From Candidatus Acidiferrum sp. (GTDB taxonomy: Bacteria; Methylomirabilota; Methylomirabilia; Rokubacteriales; CSP1-6), in the NCBI GenBank assembly GCA_035317605.1, contig DATHGT010000258.1, positions 18,477-82,476 on the forward strand: DNA of 64,000 nt, written 5' to 3'. Shown one piece after another: positions 1 to 10,313 of this stretch. The notes beneath the pieces were generated by a model. That model saw nothing but the letters and a program-made list of their open reading frames with translations, had not been told where the DNA came from and did no database searches. Position numbers and translations under genes: made by a program. Position 1 is the stretch's first letter; each line of letters opens with the position of its first letter.

Positions 1-2453
1 ACGGTGACCTTGGCCGTCGCCGTACTGACGTTGGCCGCGGCATCGGTCGCCTTGAACGTGATCGTGTACACCCGCCCGTTGCCGGTGCCCATCCGCTCCG
101 CGCGCAGCTGCACCGACTTGCAGTCGGCCGCGATCACGATGTCATTGGTCGTGTTGCCGTCTCCACCACTGTTGTTGGGCTCATCGCTGGTCACCTGGGC
201 GATCCGCACGCCGCCGACGCCGACACCGGGATCGCAATTGTCGCTGGCGCTCGTCACCAGGTCGGTGACCTTGACGGTCGCGTACTTGTGATTCGGCGGC
301 CACAACGCGATGGGCTGATTGTTCGTCGTGATGGTGGGACCCTGGGTGTCGTTGACGGTGACCTTGAAGTTGCACGTCGGACCGACCGAGCTCGTGCAGG
401 TGACCGTCGTCTCTCCGACCGCGAAGACCCCTGAGGGAGCGCACGTGACGGTGCCGCAGAAGCCCGTTGGGGTGGGCGACGGGTAGTTGACCACCGCGCC
501 GCACTGGCCGGGGGTATTCGAGAGGCTCAGGTTGGCCGGGCAGGCGAGGGCGCAATTCGGGTGGCGTTCGAAGGCGCCGATGTCGGTGCCGTCACTGGTC
601 GCGGCGTTGCCCACGCCCGCGTCGTCGAACGTGCGCGCTTTACCGCGCTGATCGAACGAGGCGCCCGCCGCCACGCCGGCGTCGATCGCGGCGCTGCCGG
701 GCAAGAGCTCCATCGTCTTGGTCGGGCCGCCGTTGTCCGCCAGCGGGGCCAGCATCGGGTTGGCGCCGATCAGATCACCGGTGCCGGTGAAGCCCGTGGC
801 CTCGGTCGCGACGCCGAGCAGGTTGTGGCCGTTGCTCGTCACGGCGCCGTCGACGTCGGGTCCGGGAATCGGCGCGCCGGTGGCATCGCCGGTGCCGTTG
901 GCCGCGGTGTTGCCTGCGATGATCGTGTTTTCCAGCGTCACGCCGCCGGGGCCCACGCGGATGCCGCCACCTGTACCTTCGGCCACCGGGCGCGGCGGCT
1001 TGTTCGCTCCCCCCTGATTGACACCAGTGTTGCCGGCCTGAGCGTTATTCGCGCTGATCGTCGCGTGCTTGATGTTCACGGTCGCCGCGTTGTTGTTCGT
1101 GATCGCGCCGCCATGGGCGAGGCCGCCGGCGCCGTGATTGCCACAGTTGAGACCACCGTCGGTCTGTCCGCCGTCGCCGCCGCTGCCACCCATGGCGAAG
1201 TTGTTGGCAAACGTCACGGTGTTGACGATGAGGCTTCCGCCATCGGCGAAGATTGCGCCTCCCCGCGCGCCACCGCCGTCACCGGCCTGATGCCCGCCCA
1301 GGCAGGTCGTGCCGAACGCATCCCCGCCCTGGCCACCGTTGGCCGCGGCCAGGTGGAACGTGGAGCTGCTGACCGTGACGTTGCCGAGGCTGTACAGACC
1401 GCCGCCGGCGGCGTCACCGGCGGGGTTCGCGCCGTTGCCACCCGTGCCCGAGTTGCCGCCGGTGGCGACGGTGTTCTCGAACGTGGTGGTGCTGATCGTC
1501 GCGGTTCCGCCGCCGATCCAGGCTCCGCCGCCCTGAGCCAATCCACCGAAGCCACCGTTCGTCTGGCCGTCCTGATTCTGGTTGCCGCCGTTACCGCCAT
1601 TCGCGGCGCTGGCCTCGATCCGCGAGCCGGTCATGTTGAGCGTGCCGCCTTCGAAGTAGATCGAGCCGCCCTTGGCGTTGGAGCCGGCGCCGTTGTTGAA
1701 GTTACCGCCGTTTCCCCCCGAGGCGGTGTTGCCCGTGAGCACGCTGTCCGTGACGATCACGGCGCCGGTCGCTCCGAGGCTGGCGAGGCCGCCGCCCAGG
1801 GCATCGAGGGTGGTGTGTTGATTGATGACGGTGTCGCCCTTGCCCACCGCCACGCACGACCGGACGACGACGTTGGTCAGCGTGACGCTGCCGCCGTTGT
1901 TGAGGATGCACCCGCCGGCGCGATTGACGTTGTTCAGCGCCGTCGGGTCGGTGCTGGCACCGCTGGTCCCGTCGTCGGCGGCCATGCCGCCCTGAACGAC
2001 CAGGTCCTGCAAGACGAGGGTGATCCCGGCGCCGGTGACGTGAAAGACGCGGTCGCGGAAACTGCCGGTATTCAGCCCGGCGGCATCGATGATCGTCGCG
2101 TTCGGCCCCGACGAACCGCCACCCACGATCGTGACCGTGTGAAGTGCCGTGGTGATGTCGAGGTCGCCGGTGGCCGCGGCGTTTTCTTGATTGGCGTTGG
2201 TCAGGGTGAGGCTGTACGTGGTCCCGGGTTGCAGGTTGATGACCACCGGGGTTCCGCTGAGATCGGCGTTGGCGGCGATGATCGCGCCGCGCAAGCTGCA
2301 ATCGTTGGGGGCGAGCGTGCACGCCGTCGCGGCAGCGTTGTCGTCCGTTCGATCGACGTCGAAACTCGCCGACCACGCGCGGTCCGAATACGCGAGCGAT
2401 GCGCCGACCACCACGACGAGTGTGAACAGCACGCAGGCGATGTTTCGTTTCAT
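1..2453 (-). CDS. Partial (C-terminus lies off the window) large secreted right-handed beta-helix / Gly-rich repeat protein with a C-terminal HYR-like domain
   Basis: Reverse-strand translation from ATG ~2453 begins with a signal peptide (MKRNIACVLFTLVVVVGASLAYS). It continues with many NGG/GGN-rich beta-helix-type repeats and a CSLRGAIIAAN motif. A Cys-rich segment (NCALACPANLSLSNTPGQCGAVVNYPSPTPTGFCGTVTCAPSG...TVTCTSS) is typical of HYR domains. There is no stop before position 1, so the ORF track did not list it; the + strand ORF 561..2477 is its low-complexity shadow. Confidence 0.6.
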   Translation of the reverse strand, partial: MKRNIACVLFTLVVVVGASLAYSDRAWSASFDVDRTDDNAAATACTLAPNDCSLRGAIIAANADLSGTPVVINLQPGTTYSLTLTNANQENAAATGDLDITTALHTVTIVGGGSSGPNATIIDAAGLNTGSFRDRVFHVTGAGITLVLQDLVVQGGMAADDGTSGASTDPTALNNVNRAGGCILNNGGSVTLTNVVVRSCVAVGKGDTVINQHTTLDALGGGLASLGATGAVIVTDSVLTGNTASGGNGGNFNNGAGSNAKGGSIYFEGGTLNMTGSRIEASAANGGNGGNQNQDGQTNGGFGGLAQGGGAWIGGGTATISTTTFENTVATGGNSGTGGNGANPAGDAAGGGLYSLGNVTVSSSTFHLAAANGGQGGDAFGTTCLGGHQAGDGGGARGGAIFADGGSLIVNTVTFANNFAMGGSGGDGGQTDGGLNCGNHGAGGLAHGGAITNNNAATVNIKHATISANNAQAGNTGVNQGGANKPPRPVAEGTGGGIRVGPGGVTLENTIIAGNTAANGTGDATGAPIPGPDVDGAVTSNGHNLLGVATEATGFTGTGDLIGANPMLAPLADNGGPTKTMELLPGSAAIDAGVAAGASFDQRGKARTFDDAGVGNAATSDGTDIGAFERHPNCALACPANLSLSNTPGQCGAVVNYPSPTPTGFCGTVTCAPSGVFAVGETTVTCTSSVGPTCNFKVTVNDTQGPTITTNNQPIALWPPNHKYATVKVTDLVTSASDNCDPGVGVGGVRIAQVTSDEPNNSGGDGNTTNDIVIAADCKSVQLRAERMGTGNGRVYTITFKATDAAANVSTATAKVT

Positions 2454-2569
2454 GGCTCCACGCTCCCACCCGAGTGACTTGAACACGGTCTATCGTTCGA
2501 ACGCGAGGCGACACCGAGCCGGTCCGGTCCCCTGGATACAGCGCGGGCCGACGGTCTGTCAACCCTTGC

Positions 2570-3225
2570 CTAGACCGACGACGACGGTGTCGAGGACGCC
2601 GGGCGGAGGGCACCCTCGCGACGGCGACGCACGGCTCGTCGGACGGCGTCCCCCAACCGGACGCCGAGCACGAGCACGACGATCGCGGCGTAGACGTATT
2701 GGTCCGTGCGGCCGACCTTGGCCAGCCACAGGAAGTGCAGCGCCGCGCACACCGCCGTGAAGTAGACGAGGCGGTGCAGGCGCTTCCAGTTGCGGGCGCC
2801 CAGGCGACGGATCATGCCGGTCGTCGACGTCGCGGCCAGCGGGATCAGGCTCGTGAGGGCCAGCATGCCGACCGTGATGTACGGGCGCTTGACGATGTCG
2901 GCGCCCATCTGGCCCCAGTTGAAGAAGTGATCCATGACGATCCACACGCTGAAGTGCACAGCGGCGTAGAAGAACGCGAAGAGTCCCAGCAGGCGGCGCA
3001 GCGGCATCTGCCAGGCCATGCCGGTCACGATGCGCAGCGGGGTCAGCGCGAGGCTCGCCAGCAGCAGGCGAAACGTCCAGTCGCCCAGCGTGTTGGTGAT
3101 GAAGCTGATCGGGTTGGCGGTGAGGTCGTCGTTCCAGGCCCGCCACCCGAGCAAGGCCAGCGGCATGAGCGCGACGATCCAGACGCCGACCTTGAGCGCG
3201 ATCCGGCCCCGCCGGCTCAGGACGA

Positions 3226-3229
<4 letters not shown>
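2570..3229 (-). CDS. msrQ: MsrQ (YedZ), the heme-b membrane subunit of the periplasmic methionine sulfoxide reductase MsrPQ
   Basis: The C-terminal 219 aa of ORF 2570..3886 align to the E. coli MsrQ layout ([18 protein letters not shown]..., 6 TM helices, conserved His in FYAAVHF and ALHFLWL). The likely start is a TTG overlapping the msrP TGA stop (TTGA). The upstream part of the listed ORF is an out-of-frame shadow of msrP. Confidence 0.85.
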
Positions 3230-4175
<946 letters not shown>

Positions 4176-4182
<7 letters not shown>

Positions 4183-4868
4183 CGATCCACCTCCGTGAAT
4201 GTGTAGCCCTGACCGTGCACGGTGAGGATGAACGCGGGACGGTCGGGGTCGGTTTCGAACTTGCGGCGCAGCCGCAGGATGTGCGTGTCGACGGTTCGCG
4301 TGGTGGGAAACCGTTCGTAGCCCCACACCTCGTCGAGCAACCGCTCGCGGGTGACGACCTCGCCGCGGTGCTCGAGCAGGTAGACGAGCAGCTCGAACTC
4401 CTTGCGGGTGAGCCCGACCGGGCGCCCGGCCCTGAACGCCTGGCGTCCGCGCGGCCGCACGCGCGCGTCGCCGAAGGCGAACTCTTCCACCTTGTGGCGC
4501 GGCCCGGGCCGGCGCAGCACCGCGCGCACCCGCGCCAGCAGCTCGCGCAGCGAGAACGGCTTGGTGATGTAGTCGTCGGCGCCCAGCTCGAGCCCGCGGA
4601 CACGGTCGCTCTCCTCGCCCCGCGCGGTGAGCATGATGATCGGCACGTCGATGCCCTGGCCCCGCAGCTCGCGGCACACGTCCCACCCGCTGAGCCCCGG
4701 CATCATGATGTCGAGCAGGATGAGGTCGGGCGCCTCCCGCGCGGCCACGGTGAGCGCCTCGCGTCCGTCCATGGCCGTGGAGGTCTGGTAACCCTCGAAG
4801 CGCAGGTTGTCCTCCAGACCGCGCACGATCTCCGGCTCGTCGTCCACGATGAGGATGCGCGACATCAC
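4176..4868 (-). CDS. OmpR/PhoB-family response regulator (HprR/CusR-like)
   Basis: The receiver domain shows [10 protein letters not shown]...D...[14 protein letters not shown] winged-helix C-terminus shows ...[27 protein letters not shown]...[13 protein letters not shown]. Confidence 0.9.
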
Positions 4869-5602
4869 GACCCCTTGGTGATCTCCGCGAGCAGGCGCTT
4901 GGCGTCGGGAGCGTCCTTCATGGTCCAGTCCGCCAGGTTGAGCGGGGCCTTCTCCTCGACCACCGCCGTCAGCTCCTTGCGCGCCTCGTCGGGCCGCCCG
5001 AGCTTGATCAGCGTCTTGCCGAGCCCGACCCGCAGCATCGTGTAGCGCGGAGACAGCTCGAGGCCCTTGCGGAAGTACTCCTCGGACTTGGCGAGGTCGC
5101 CGCCGAGCAGGGCCGGCACCTCGTAGTAAACGCTGCCGGCCAGCACGTACACGGGCGGGAAGCGGGCGTCGAGGTCGAGGATGGCGCTGATCTCACGCTT
5201 GACCTCGGGCAGCAGGAACAGCGAACGGACGACCCCGTTGGTCTGGCCCCAGCGCGCGGTGTTGGTCGCGTACCAGAAGCGCGCGACCACGTCGCGGGGG
5301 TCGGCGTCCACCACGCGCTTGGCGGCCTGGCGTCCGGTGTCGTAGGCCTTCAGCTTCTCCTCCTGCGTCTGGGCGCGGATGTCGCCCCAGATGAGCTCGA
5401 TCTGGGCGAGGGCCACCAAGTGCTCGGGCCGCGGATCGGCCGCGGCCGCCTGCTCGAGGCCCTGGCGAAGCGTGTCGAGCCGCGTGGGGTCTTCGTGATA
5501 GCGCACGGAAACCCGCCGCAGCTCGGCGACCAGCGGCGACTGCGCCGCGGCCTCCACCGTGGCGGTGAGCAGCAACAGGGTCGCGAGCCACAACCATTTC
5601 AT
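4865..5602 (-). CDS. Periplasmic TPR-like helical-repeat protein encoded between the kinase and the regulator
   Basis: The signal peptide is [21 protein letters not shown], followed by a ~245-aa helical-repeat protein. ATG 5602 overlaps the HK stop (ATGA) and the protein's stop overlaps the RR start (4865/4868). The N-terminal ~280 codons of ORF 4865..6451 are a shadow of the HK gene. Confidence 0.6.
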   Translation of the reverse strand: MKWLWLATLLLLTATVEAAAQSPLVAELRRVSVRYHEDPTRLDTLRQGLEQAAAADPRPEHLVALAQIELIWGDIRAQTQEEKLKAYDTGRQAAKRVVDADPRDVVARFWYATNTARWGQTNGVVRSLFLLPEVKREISAILDLDARFPPVYVLAGSVYYEVPALLGGDLAKSEEYFRKGLELSPRYTMLRVGLGKTLIKLGRPDEARKELTAVVEEKAPLNLADWTMKDAPDAKRLLAEITKGS

Positions 5603-7146
5603 GTCGTCTCCGTCGTGATCGGAATGCGAATCGTGAAGCGGCTGCCCGCTCCGGGCGCACTCTCCACGATAACCCGGCCGCCGTGAGCCTCGGCCACGTG
5701 GCGCACGAGGGCCAGCCCCACCCCGCTGCCGCGCCGGCCCTGGGTCTCGCTGTGTCCAACCCGGTAGAACTTCTCGAAGATCCTGGCCTGCTCGGCGCGC
5801 GGGATCCCGATCCCTTCGTCGGCGACTGACAGCGCCAGGGCATCGTCGGTGACCGTCGCCTCGACGCGAACGGTCTTGCGGTCCGCCGAATACTTGATCG
5901 CGTTGTCGACGAGATTGGCCAGCGCCTGGGCGACGGCATCGGCGTCGAGCGGCACCTCCGGCAGGTCCGGGGCGACGTGGACGTCGACCTTGAAGCCCTC
6001 TCGGGTCAGCGGATAGGCGAAGGCGTCGACCACGTCGCGCACCAGCGGCTCGATCGCGGTGGGCACGCGCTCGTAGCGACGGCGCCCCCCCTCGATGCGC
6101 GAGAAGTCGAGCACGTTGTCGATCAGGCGCGAGAGCCGCTCGCTCTCGCGGGTGATCACCCGGTAGTACTCGCGGCGAGCGGCCTCGTCGCGCACGCGGT
6201 CCATCTCCAGGGTCTCGCCGAACATTCGGATCACCGACAGCGGAGTCTTCAGGTCGTGGGAGACGTTGGCCACGAAGTCGGACTTGAGCCGCGCCATCTC
6301 GCTCTCGCGTCGCACGAGGCGATAGGTGACCACCAGCCCCGCCACGATCACGACGAGCAGGACCCCGAACGCGCTCGTGAACAGCATGATCTGCCGCCGC
6401 ACCGAGTGCCGTGCGGACGCGCCCGGCGGCTGGTAGAGCGCCACCCGCCACGTGGGCAGCGCCTGGCGAAACGGCGCCGTGACGACCAGGCTCGCCCCGG
6501 CCACGGCCGCGGCGTTGGAGATCGGGCGTCCGGTCTCGTCCACGATCACGCAGATGATCGGTGAATCGAGCGCCCTCAGGGTACGGTCGAGGACTTCGTG
6601 CTGGAGCGTGGCGGGGTCGCGCGTGAGGACGGCGAGCACGGGGGCGCCGTCCCGGCCGCGCAGCACGGTGGCCAGCAGCGAGCGGTCACCCGCGACCACG
6701 TCGCGCCGGCCGCCGCGTTCCCAGAGCCCGCGCGAGACTTCGCCGAGGAGCGCCGCGAACACGGCGGCGTCGCCCTCGGCCGGCGCGGCGGGGTAGATCA
6801 ACCGGCCGCCGCGGTCGAACAGGTACAGGCGTTGGACGAGCGGGTTCGCGCGCGCGAAGGCCTCGAGCGTCTCGCGCGCGAGGTCTCCGCGCTCGACGAT
6901 GGTCGTGAGCCGCCCGAGCAACTCGTCGTCGCGCTGGCGCAGCAGCATCTCGATCTTGTCGGCGGCCATCGCGGCCACGTCGCGCGCCTGCTCGCGGAAG
7001 AGCAGATCGGCCGAGCGCTCCCACTGGCGCAGCGACACGTAGCCGAGCCCGGCCACGATCAGGGCGGGAATCACGATGGCCAGCGCGAAGATCCAGAACC
7101 GTCGCGCCCCGGTTTCGCCGGGGCGGTCCTGCTGAGATCGGACCAC
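5599..7146 (-). CDS. Sensor histidine kinase with a periplasmic sensing domain (HprS/CusS-like)
   Basis: TM1 is FWIFALAIVIPALIVAGLGYV, followed by a ~200-aa periplasmic domain and TM2 IMLFTSAFGVLLVVIVAGLVV. The H-box is VANVSHDLKTPLSVI. The HATPase region shows LANLVDNAIKYS...DEGIGIP...GSGVGLALV. The start is GTG at 7146. Confidence 0.85.
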   Translation of the reverse strand: MVRSQQDRPGETGARRFWIFALAIVIPALIVAGLGYVSLRQWERSADLLFREQARDVAAMAADKIEMLLRQRDDELLGRLTTIVERGDLARETLEAFARANPLVQRLYLFDRGGRLIYPAAPAEGDAAVFAALLGEVSRGLWERGGRRDVVAGDRSLLATVLRGRDGAPVLAVLTRDPATLQHEVLDRTLRALDSPIICVIVDETGRPISNAAAVAGASLVVTAPFRQALPTWRVALYQPPGASARHSVRRQIMLFTSAFGVLLVVIVAGLVVTYRLVRRESEMARLKSDFVANVSHDLKTPLSVIRMFGETLEMDRVRDEAARREYYRVITRESERLSRLIDNVLDFSRIEGGRRRYERVPTAIEPLVRDVVDAFAYPLTREGFKVDVHVAPDLPEVPLDADAVAQALANLVDNAIKYSADRKTVRVEATVTDDALALSVADEGIGIPRAEQARIFEKFYRVGHSETQGRRGSGVGLALVRHVAEAHGGRVIVESAPGAGSRFTIRIPITTETT

Positions 7147-7150
7147 GCCG

Positions 7151-7690
7151 CTATCCCCGCTCGGCGAGGAGTCGGCGGATCACCGTTTCGGTTTCGTCGT
7201 AGGCGCCCTCGCCGATGTGGCGATGGCGCACGATGCCCTTGCGGTCGACGAGCACTGCGGTCGGCCAGGCCCACACGCCGAACCGCTGCCAGATCGCCAT
7301 GTCGTTGTCCAGGACGACCGGATAGAGGATGCCGAGCCTGCGCACCGCCGCCCGCACGCTGTCGGTCGGCTTCTCCCAGGAGAACTCCGGCGTGTGCACG
7401 CCCACGATGGTGAGCCCGTCACGCTCGTACTTGCCGTGCCAGACCCGCAACTGCGGGATCACGTTCTTGCAGTTGATTCACCCGTAGGTCCAGAAATCCA
7501 CCAGCACCACGCGCCCCCGCAGCGCCGCCGGCGCCAGGGGCTCGCTGTTGATCCACGGCCCGCCCACGATCTCCGGCGCCGGCCGATCGAGCGCCGGCCC
7601 CCTGCCCTGCGCGCCACCGTGAAGCGCGATGCCGACGAGCGCGAGACAAACCAGGGCCGCAATAAACGCCGACCGAAGCACCAAGATCAT
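7151..7690 (-). CDS. TlpA/ResA-like thioredoxin-fold thiol:disulfide oxidoreductase, predicted selenoprotein with an in-frame UGA (Sec) at 7478..7480 in a UxxC motif
   Basis: ORF 7478..8068 ends ...RVVLVDFWTYG at a TGA. The same frame continues INCKNVIPQLRVWHGKYERDGLTIVGVHTPEFSWEK... as ORF 7151..7462. The joined sequence is VLVDFWTYG-U-INCKNV, the canonical W-x-x-C-x-x-C redox site with the first Cys replaced by TGA. A 7-bp hairpin (caactgc...gcaguug) begins 2 nt after the UGA. The N-terminus has a signal/anchor (MILVLRSAFIAALVCLALVGIALHG) and the stop is a TAG 4 nt before the HK start. Confidence 0.7.
7448..7475 (-). promoter_or_regulatory. SECIS-like stem-loop immediately 3' of the UGA in the TlpA-like gene
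   Basis: On the - strand the sequence is UGA-au-CAACUGC-aagaacgugauccc-GCAGUUG, a perfect 7-bp stem with a 14-nt loop. Confidence 0.5.
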
Positions 7691-7752
7691 GTCTGAGACA
7701 GTGCGCCAGGCGTGAGCCGCTGTTGTCAACGCAATGTCAAATGTGTTCGAGC

Positions 7753-7767
7753 GCGGGCTTTGCCCGC
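7753..7767 (-). terminator. Putative terminator hairpin after fumB, followed by a promoter-like TTGACA...TTGACA region ahead of the TlpA-like operon
   Basis: GCGGGCaaaGCCCGC is a perfect 6-bp stem 5 nt after the fumB stop. Downstream on the - strand the sequence acatTTGACAttgcgTTGACAacagc precedes the ATG at 7690. Confidence 0.4.
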
Positions 7768-7772
7768 GAAGT

Positions 7773-8462
7773 TTAGACGATCTCCTCTTCGCAGGAGGCT
7801 TGCTCGCCGAAGCGGCCCATGGCGAACGGGGGGAGGTCGCGGTAGACCTCGCGCAGGCGGACGTTGATCTCGCGGTTGGCCAGCGCGAAGAGGCTGTGGC
7901 CCTCGCGGTCGCCCTCGACCAGGAACGGGCCCAGGCGCTCGACCTCGAGCACCCACAGGGCCTGGGCGATGCCCAGCTCGCGCAGCCAGTGGACGTCCAC
8001 CACGCGCTTGATCGAGCGGCCGTACGTCGCCCCGAGGCCGTAGCCGACGGTGGTGAGATACACGGCACCGTGGGGCACGTACCACTCTCGATACGCGGTC
8101 TCGGTGAGCCCGGCCTTGCCCACGATCACCTTCGCGCCGGTCTTCTCGAACCAGCGGCTCATCGACTTACCGAAGCGGAAGCTCGCGGTCGCGGTCACCG
8201 CCTCGACCGCGTGGGTGCCGTCGGCCCGCACCGTCGCCGCCGGCGAGCAGTGGAAGTTGACGTTGGTCAACGCCCGGACGCTCTCGGGCAATCCCGCCCC
8301 CTCGTCCACGACCTTGCGGTACACGCCTTCCCGCGCGGTGTAGAGGATGCCGCTGAGATAGACGACGTCGCCCAGCTTGAGCCGCGCGAGGTCGGCGTCG
8401 CTCACGGGGGTGGTGAGGGCGACCTCGTCCATCGCCACGTCGTCGAGGCGCGCGATCGTCAC
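7773..8462 (-). CDS. fumB: Class I (Fe-S) fumarate hydratase / L(+)-tartrate dehydratase, beta subunit (C-terminal domain protein)
   Basis: VTIARLDDVAMDEVALTTPVSDADLARLKLGDVVYLSGILYTAREG...KVIVGKAGLTE... matches this family. The GTG start overlaps the alpha-subunit TGA (GTGA). The upstream part of ORF 7773..9200 is a shadow of the alpha gene. Confidence 0.85.
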   Translation of the reverse strand: MTIARLDDVAMDEVALTTPVSDADLARLKLGDVVYLSGILYTAREGVYRKVVDEGAGLPESVRALTNVNFHCSPAATVRADGTHAVEAVTATASFRFGKSMSRWFEKTGAKVIVGKAGLTETAYREWYVPHGAVYLTTVGYGLGATYGRSIKRVVDVHWLRELGIAQALWVLEVERLGPFLVEGDREGHSLFALANREINVRLREVYRDLPPFAMGRFGEQASCEEEIV

Positions 8463-9403
8463 TCGATGCCCTCGCGCCGGTAGTAGTCGGTGAACCATTG
8501 CGGGTCGGTCCGGAACTCCACGCGACCGTCGGGATGGATGCGCGCGGTCGCCCGCCTGGAGGACAAGCAAAACGAGTGCATGCCCACCGGCATTCCACCC
8601 GTGTGGGAGTACGCGACTTCGACATGGGTGGCGACGACCAGCGACGTCCCCGCGAAGCCCATGGCCCCGATCCCGATGTAGTTGCCGAGCGCGGTCAGCT
8701 CTTCTTCCAGCCGAGCCACGACGGGATCGGGATTGCGGCTGCCCACCACGCGCAGGCAGGCCGCCTCCTTGCCCAGGCGCACGCACGTGTCCTTGGCGCC
8801 GCCGATGCCGAGGCCCACGATGGCGGGCTGGCAGGCCAGCCCGCGCTTGCCGAACTGCACGAGCGTGTCGACGAAGAACCGCTTGATACCGGGAATGCCG
8901 TCGGCCGGAAACAGCATGCGGTAATCGCTGCCGAACAGTCCCCCTTTGTGCACGGTCGTGACGTCGATCCAGTCGGCGCCGGGCTCGAACGCGTAGGTGA
9001 TCTCCGGCGCGTGGATGCCCACGTTGTTGTCGTGGTCGGCGCGGGTGAGCGGATGCACGCGGTTCGGACGCAGCGGGATCGCCGCGGTGGCGTCGGCGGT
9101 GGCCCGACGCAGCGCGCGCTCGAGAGCGACGAACCCGCCCTCGACCACGGCCTCGTTGCCGGCGCGCACGTAGTAGCGGGGCAGCCCGGTATCCGCGCAC
9201 ATCGGCCGCCGATCTTCCGTCGCGATGTTCCAGTTCTCGAGCATCTCGGTCAGCACGAAGCGCGGCAGCTTGCTCGTCTCGAGGTCGCGCGCCTGCCGGA
9301 TCCCCTCGCGATAGTCCGGCGGAATGTCGATGGCCGCCCGCGCCATCAACTCCCGCGCGGTGTCCTCGACGAGCTTGATCGCGATCGTCCCGCCCATGGT
9401 CAC
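8459..9403 (-). CDS. fumA: Class I fumarate hydratase / Fe-S hydro-lyase, alpha subunit (N-terminal domain protein)
   Basis: The protein shows MTMGGTIAIKLVEDTARE...RRPMCADTGLPRYYVRAGNEAVVEGG...GLACQPAIVGLGIGGAKDTC. The Cys ligands are typical of the Fe-S hydro-lyase tartrate/fumarate family. Confidence 0.85.
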   Translation of the reverse strand: MTMGGTIAIKLVEDTARELMARAAIDIPPDYREGIRQARDLETSKLPRFVLTEMLENWNIATEDRRPMCADTGLPRYYVRAGNEAVVEGGFVALERALRRATADATAAIPLRPNRVHPLTRADHDNNVGIHAPEITYAFEPGADWIDVTTVHKGGLFGSDYRMLFPADGIPGIKRFFVDTLVQFGKRGLACQPAIVGLGIGGAKDTCVRLGKEAACLRVVGSRNPDPVVARLEEELTALGNYIGIGAMGFAGTSLVVATHVEVAYSHTGGMPVGMHSFCLSSRRATARIHPDGRVEFRTDPQWFTDYYRREGIE

Positions 9404-9416
9404 GCTTAGAGTACCC

Positions 9417-10313
9417 TCATTCGCCGCGCAGGGTCGGATCCAGCAGGTCGCGCAGCCAGTCGCCGGTGCGGCTGACCACCAGCGACGTGAGCATGAGGAT
9501 CAGACCGGGGAACGTGGAGATCCACCAGGCGGAGTCGAGGTAGTCGCGGCCCTCGTAGACCATGCCGCCCCATGACGGCGTGGGCGGCTGGATGCCGAGG
9601 CCGAGGAACGACAGGGTCGCTTCCAGCACGATCGCGCGGGCCAGCTCGAGGGTGGCGATGACGACCAGCGACGAGACAACGTTGGGCAGGATGTGGCGGA
9701 GGACGATGCGGACGACGGAGCCGCCCAGTGCACGGATCGAGTCCACGAACTCGCGGGAGCGCAGCACCAGCACCTGGGCGCGGATGATTCGCGCGTAGTT
9801 CACCCAGCCCGAGAGCCCGACCACCACGATCAGCGTGGGAAAGCTCGGACCGATCACCGCGATGATCCCGATGGCGAGCAGGATGAACGGAAACGCGAGC
9901 TGGGCGTCGGCCAGGGTCATGATCACGGTGTCGGTCCACCCGCTGCGGAAGCCCGCGAGCACGCCGAGCGCGGTGCCCACGAGGCCGCCCACCAGCACGG
10001 CCGCGAAGCCCACGATCAGCGACACGCGGGCGCCGAAGATCACCCGCGAGAGCACGTCGCGGCCGAGGTGATCGGTGCCGAGCGGGTGCGGCTTGCCGTC
10101 GGGCGCCGAGAGCGTGGGCGCGGCCAGCCGTCCGCGCAGCGACTGGCGTACGGGATCGTAGGGCGCCAGCAGCGGCGCGGCCGCCGCCATCACCACCAGC
10201 AGCAGCACGAAGGCGCCGCCCGTGAGGGCCAGGGCTCGCGTGCGCCGCCCACGGCCGCCGTGGGCCGTGGCGTGGGGCTCAGCCGGAGCGGACGCGAGGA
10301 TCGAGGAGGCCAT
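9417..10313 (-). CDS. Peptide ABC transporter permease (DppC/OppC-like)
   Basis: The start is MASSILAS at codon 53 of ORF 9417..10469. The ABC transmembrane type-1 signature region is EATLSFLGLGIQPPTPSWGGM. The start overlaps the dppB-like stop. Confidence 0.8.
   Translation of the reverse strand: MASSILASAPAEPHATAHGGRGRRTRALALTGGAFVLLLVVMAAAAPLLAPYDPVRQSLRGRLAAPTLSAPDGKPHPLGTDHLGRDVLSRVIFGARVSLIVGFAAVLVGGLVGTALGVLAGFRSGWTDTVIMTLADAQLAFPFILLAIGIIAVIGPSFPTLIVVVGLSGWVNYARIIRAQVLVLRSREFVDSIRALGGSVVRIVLRHILPNVVSSLVVIATLELARAIVLEATLSFLGLGIQPPTPSWGGMVYEGRDYLDSAWWISTFPGLILMLTSLVVSRTGDWLRDLLDPTLRGE

Noticed and set aside
561-2477. 638-aa + strand ORF (MAFEGADVGAV..., Arg/Gly/Ala-rich)
   Set aside because: Alternative-frame shadow of the - strand beta-helix gene. 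Low-complexity composition and no motifs.
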